Notes under the pieces: model-generated | What the model was told of the DNA's origin: nothing | Seen by the model: only the letters and a program-made list of their open reading frames with translations | The model's database searches: none | From: Candidatus Binatia bacterium | Lineage (GTDB): Bacteria; Desulfobacterota; Binatia; UBA9968 | DNA length: 64,000 nucleotides | Assembly: GCA_036554745.1 (NCBI GenBank) | Contig: DATBMR010000015.1 | Location: forward strand, 30,597 to 94,596 | Reading direction: 5' to 3' | Shown here: positions 60,660 through 64,000 of the stretch, piece after piece | How positions within the stretch are numbered: the stretch's first letter is position 1 | How the letters are laid out: each line of letters starts with the position of its first letter | Program-made: the position numbers and the translations under genes

Positions 60660-61379
60660 ATGACACAACCTTCGATTCCGCTACCAGCATCGACCGTAGT
60701 TCTAATCCGTCCGGATGGCGCCGGCAGTTTTGAAATCTTTCTCAACCGTAGGCCGATTGAGATGAATAGTTACGCCGGCGCGTATGTTTTTCCGGGCGGT
60801 CGAGTGGAGAAGAGCGACTACTCCGAGGCGATGGTGAGTCTAACCCGCGGTTTGACTCCGCGAGAAGCGCAACAGAAACTTGGATCGCATATCCAACCTG
60901 AACTCTGTTTAGCGCACTGGGTGGCGGCGGTGAGGGAACTCTTCGAGGAGTCGGGAATCCATTTTTTCGCTTCCCTGAACGCGGCAGCTACAGATTCGCT
61001 GGAAGCAGGTCTTGCCGAGCGATTGGCGGACAAACGCAAGGCGTTGCAACGGGGCGAAGTCGATTTACCGAAACTTTTAGTATCTGAGCGGCTTTACTGC
61101 AACGTAGCAAGGCTCATTTATTTTTTCCACCGAGTCACGCCGGAGCATTATGCCGTACGGTTCGATACGCGCTTCTATCTGGCAGAGCTACCAGCGGATC
61201 AGCGGCCGTTGCATGCCTCCGAAGAAGTAGCTGAAAGTCTCTGGATTGCTCCCGCGGCCGCTCTTGCTCGAGCCGAAGCGGGAAACTATCACATGCTGCC
61301 GCCGACGATAGCGGTCTTGCGTCACTTAAGTGCTTACAAATCCTGGGAGGAATTGAACCAGGCATTCAAGCTGCGATAA
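60660..61379 (+). CDS. NUDIX hydrolase
   Basis: 239 aa. Nudix box GGRVEKSDY...AAVRELFEESGI. Confidence 0.8.
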   Translation: MTQPSIPLPASTVVLIRPDGAGSFEIFLNRRPIEMNSYAGAYVFPGGRVEKSDYSEAMVSLTRGLTPREAQQKLGSHIQPELCLAHWVAAVRELFEESGIHFFASLNAAATDSLEAGLAERLADKRKALQRGEVDLPKLLVSERLYCNVARLIYFFHRVTPEHYAVRFDTRFYLAELPADQRPLHASEEVAESLWIAPAAALARAEAGNYHMLPPTIAVLRHLSAYKSWEELNQAFKLR

Positions 61380-61490
61380 TTCACGATTTTGCCAAAGAAC
61401 GTTACAGTCGGGCGTAAGTGCAATGTCTAAAAGCGCCCGAACTTGCCAAAAAATCCGATTGGCTCTTTGATATGTCGCCAATACTACCAG

Positions 61491-61505
61491 TGGCATCGTC
61501 CTTGC
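61491..61505 (+). promoter_or_regulatory. sigma-54-like -24/-12 element upstream of the alpha-glucan phosphorylase gene
   Basis: TGGCAT-cgtcc-TTGCT lies 125 nt upstream of ATG 61630. It has one mismatch to TGGCAC-N5-TTGCW. Confidence 0.4.
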
Positions 61506-61629
61506 TGTGTTGTCGGCGAGAGAGACGATAAATTGCCCGCGGGATGGCAATGTGTTATCGATAGGGCAGCTACGATGTTGCCCAACCGAGCATCCCCACG
61601 GATGTTGCCGGGTCTGACCACAATCGCCT

Positions 61630-63357
61630 ATGAGTAACGCATTAGCCTCTAACCGAACGGTCGCTTATTTTTCTATGGACGTGGCCGTAAATTCCCAAAT
61701 CCCTACTTACAGCGGTGGTTTGGGTGTGTTGGCGGGTGACATGCTCCGGTCAGCTGCCGATTTAGAAATTCCGATGGTCGCGGTTTCGTTGGTGCACCGC
61801 AAGGGCTACTTCGACCAGCGACTTGACTCCTACGGTAATCAGCTCGAAAGCCCTGCTGAATGGTCGCCCGAAACTCACCTTGAACGGCTGGCGCCAAAAG
61901 TCGTCGTCTCCATAGAGGGGAGACAGGTATACGTGGGCGCTTGGCGGTATTTGTTTACGGGCATCACCGGGCATACGGTGCCGCTCATTTTCCTCGATAC
62001 CGATCACGAGGAGAACAGTCCCGCGGATCGAGGGCTCACCGATTTTCTTTATGGCGGCGATCAACGCTATCGGTTGTGTCAGGAAGCTCTCCTCGGATTG
62101 GGCGGCGTTGCCATGCTCCGTGCGCTGGGCCGTACCGATCTTGAAGTCTTCCACATGAACGAGGGCCATTCGGCTTTAGTCACGCTGGCGCTCTTGGAAG
62201 AGTCGATCGGAACGGCTGCGGGGCGGCGCTTTTCGGAGAGTGAAATCGAGGCCGTACGCCGACGCTGCGTGTTTACGACTCATACACCGGTGCCTGCGGG
62301 ACACGATCGGTTTCCATCCGATCTGGTCTACCAGGTCCTCGGCGAGCAGCGCGCCAACTTACTCGCTCAATTGCAGCTTATAAACGGTTCTCTCAACATG
62401 ACCGAATTGGCGCTGCGCCTTTCCGGGTTTGTTAACGGTGTTTCGATGCGTCATGCCGAGGTCTCGCGCAGCATGTTTCCAAATCACGGCATCGACGCAA
62501 TTACCAATGGCGTGCACGCCGCCACATGGACATGCGCCCCGTTTGCGGCGTTGTTTGACCGCTATTTTCCCGGTTGGCGCGGGGATAATCGCTATTTGCG
62601 GTACGCTGTCGGCATTCCCCACTCGCAAATTCGCCAGGCGCATGGGGAAGCGAAAAAGGAGTTGCTGCATCAGGTCCGATGGCTCACCGGCGGTCAACTC
62701 GACGAAAAGGTTTTTACCATCGGCTTCGCGCGACGTGCCACCGGATACAAGCGCGGCGATTTGCTCTTTACAAATATCGACCGGCTAAAACAGATCGCAC
62801 AACAGGCGGGCCCGATGCAGCTTATCTATGCCGGCAAGGCGCATCCGCGCGACGAGGGCGGCAAGGAAATTATCAGGCGTATCTTCGAAGCAGCGGCGGC
62901 GCTGGCCAAAGATGTACGCGTGGTTTACCTGCAAAACTACGACATGGCGTTGGGAAAATTGCTTTGTTCCGGTGTTGACGTATGGCTCAACACGCCACTT
63001 CGACCTCAAGAGGCATCCGGCACCAGCGGAATGAAGGCGGCGCTCAATGGTGTGCCCAGCTTGAGCGTTCTCGACGGATGGTGGATTGAAGGCTACATCG
63101 AAGGGGTGACCGGGTGGGCGATCGGTGATCCCGGAGTTACGGAAAATGATTCAGGTGCGGAAGCGACTTCACTCTATGAAAAGCTCGAGCGGGTAATTCT
63201 GCCGCTCTATTACAAAGAACCTGACAGGTACGCCCAAATCATGCGTTCGGCGATCGCGCTTAATGGATCATTTTTTAATACGCAGCGCATGCTGTGGCAG
63301 TACGTTCAAAATGCTTACACGCGCGCTACCACAAAATCGATGCCCGCATTGGACTGA
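61630..63357 (+). CDS. glgP: alpha-glucan (glycogen/maltodextrin) phosphorylase, short GT35 type
   Basis: 575 aa. YFSMDV...YSGGLGVLAGD N-terminus. PLP-Lys motif EASGTSGMKAALNG. Confidence 0.92.
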   Translation: MSNALASNRTVAYFSMDVAVNSQIPTYSGGLGVLAGDMLRSAADLEIPMVAVSLVHRKGYFDQRLDSYGNQLESPAEWSPETHLERLAPKVVVSIEGRQVYVGAWRYLFTGITGHTVPLIFLDTDHEENSPADRGLTDFLYGGDQRYRLCQEALLGLGGVAMLRALGRTDLEVFHMNEGHSALVTLALLEESIGTAAGRRFSESEIEAVRRRCVFTTHTPVPAGHDRFPSDLVYQVLGEQRANLLAQLQLINGSLNMTELALRLSGFVNGVSMRHAEVSRSMFPNHGIDAITNGVHAATWTCAPFAALFDRYFPGWRGDNRYLRYAVGIPHSQIRQAHGEAKKELLHQVRWLTGGQLDEKVFTIGFARRATGYKRGDLLFTNIDRLKQIAQQAGPMQLIYAGKAHPRDEGGKEIIRRIFEAAAALAKDVRVVYLQNYDMALGKLLCSGVDVWLNTPLRPQEASGTSGMKAALNGVPSLSVLDGWWIEGYIEGVTGWAIGDPGVTENDSGAEATSLYEKLERVILPLYYKEPDRYAQIMRSAIALNGSFFNTQRMLWQYVQNAYTRATTKSMPALD

Positions 63358-63469
63358 TGACGGAATTCCTCGAGTCGCCGCCCCACAACCAACCGCCGCA
63401 CCGCAAACACCCGCCGTCGCCGGGTAATCAATAATGCCGCCCGGTGGCGCCGTCGACATGACGCTCTGG

Positions 63470-63979
63470 TCAATGTTTGTGCTCACCGCGCAGTTTCCAC
63501 TCGAGGCCGTCAATGATGCATTCGACGCTGGCCTGGAGAATGTCAGTGGCTACACCGACCGTTCCCCATCGCTCCCTACCGTCGCCAAAAATCGCCAAAA
63601 CGCGGACCAGAGCAGCAGCGCCTTTTTCATCTTCGTCGAGGGTCGCGCTGTGCAGCAGACGCACGTCGAATTCTTCAAGGCGCACCTCTGATAGCTGCGG
63701 GTAATGACGTTCCAGAATTTTTCGCATGGCATTATCGACGGCATGAACGGGACCGCTTCCGTTAGCGGCGACAAGATCCTGCGCCCCGAAAATTTCAATC
63801 AGAACTGTAGCTTCGGTCGAGCCGGAAGCGGCGACGTTGAAGTCTACTTGATCGTCGATCTTACAGCGCAACACGCGAAAAGGCCTGAGATAATCCTCCC
63901 GTTTACGAATCGACATGAGCTCAAAGGACGCCCATGCCCCTTCGAGCCTAAAAAAAACTTCCTTAAGATCCCTGGTCAT
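63470..63979 (-). CDS. stand-alone LeuA/CimA allosteric (dimerisation) domain protein
   Basis: 169 aa. ANGSGPVHAVDNAMRKIL and WGTVGVATDILQASVECIIDGLEW match the C-terminal regulatory domain of citramalate/2-isopropylmalate synthases. GGGAG RBS upstream. In-frame TAG at 63998-64000. Confidence 0.78.
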   Translation of the reverse strand: MTRDLKEVFFRLEGAWASFELMSIRKREDYLRPFRVLRCKIDDQVDFNVAASGSTEATVLIEIFGAQDLVAANGSGPVHAVDNAMRKILERHYPQLSEVRLEEFDVRLLHSATLDEDEKGAAALVRVLAIFGDGRERWGTVGVATDILQASVECIIDGLEWKLRGEHKH

Positions 63980-64000
63980 GATTTTCTCCCTAGGGTTCTA

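Overview
This window looks like an origin-proximal chromosomal segment of a moderately GC-rich Gram-negative bacterium. Gene content and synteny resemble deltaproteobacteria or Nitrospirota, but the taxon cannot be determined from the sequence alone. It is densely coding and mostly housekeeping. In order it carries: an ICL/PEP-mutase-family gene; dnaN-dnaA with DnaA boxes; hemL; an F0-only ATP synthase operon (atpZ-like, atpI, atpB, atpE); dCMP deaminase; a DUF62 SAM hydrolase; an aldo/keto reductase plus FAD oxidoreductase; gmhA; a thiL-larB-(Zn-ribbon)-archease-HD operon; lon-dnaJ-dnaK-grpE; recO; and ppdK. Next comes a type IVa pilus block: pilB, pilC, a gene fusing a PilS-like membrane/PAS module directly to a sigma-54 AAA+ activator, and pilA behind a sigma-54 promoter. 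Three large GT-C-type membrane glycosyltransferase-like genes follow pilA. After that: a patch of hypothetical genes beside tRNA-Thr(CGU); a thiS-thiG-thiE operon under a TPP riboswitch; an FAH-family hydrolase; translationally coupled holA, PLD nuclease and a membrane protein; a 59-aa Zn-ribbon ORF missed by the ORF track; a PBP5-type carboxypeptidase with a SPOR domain; and an MBL hydrolase with a MarR regulator. A six-gene cluster then has a core (nucleoside phosphorylase, MtnA-like isomerase, class II aldolase) resembling the DHAP shunt for SAM by-product salvage, but with unusual domain fusions, plus an acyl-AMP ligase and an Sfp-type PPTase. The window ends with a NUDIX hydrolase, an alpha-glucan phosphorylase and a stand-alone LeuA regulatory-domain gene. 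I saw no CRISPR array, rRNA, transposase or integrase. The best candidates for something undescribed are the histidine-kinase-less, receiver-less PilS-N/sigma-54 activator fusion with the pilin-adjacent GT-C module, and the modified DHAP-shunt-like cluster. All functional calls rest on motif recognition by eye. No searches were run.
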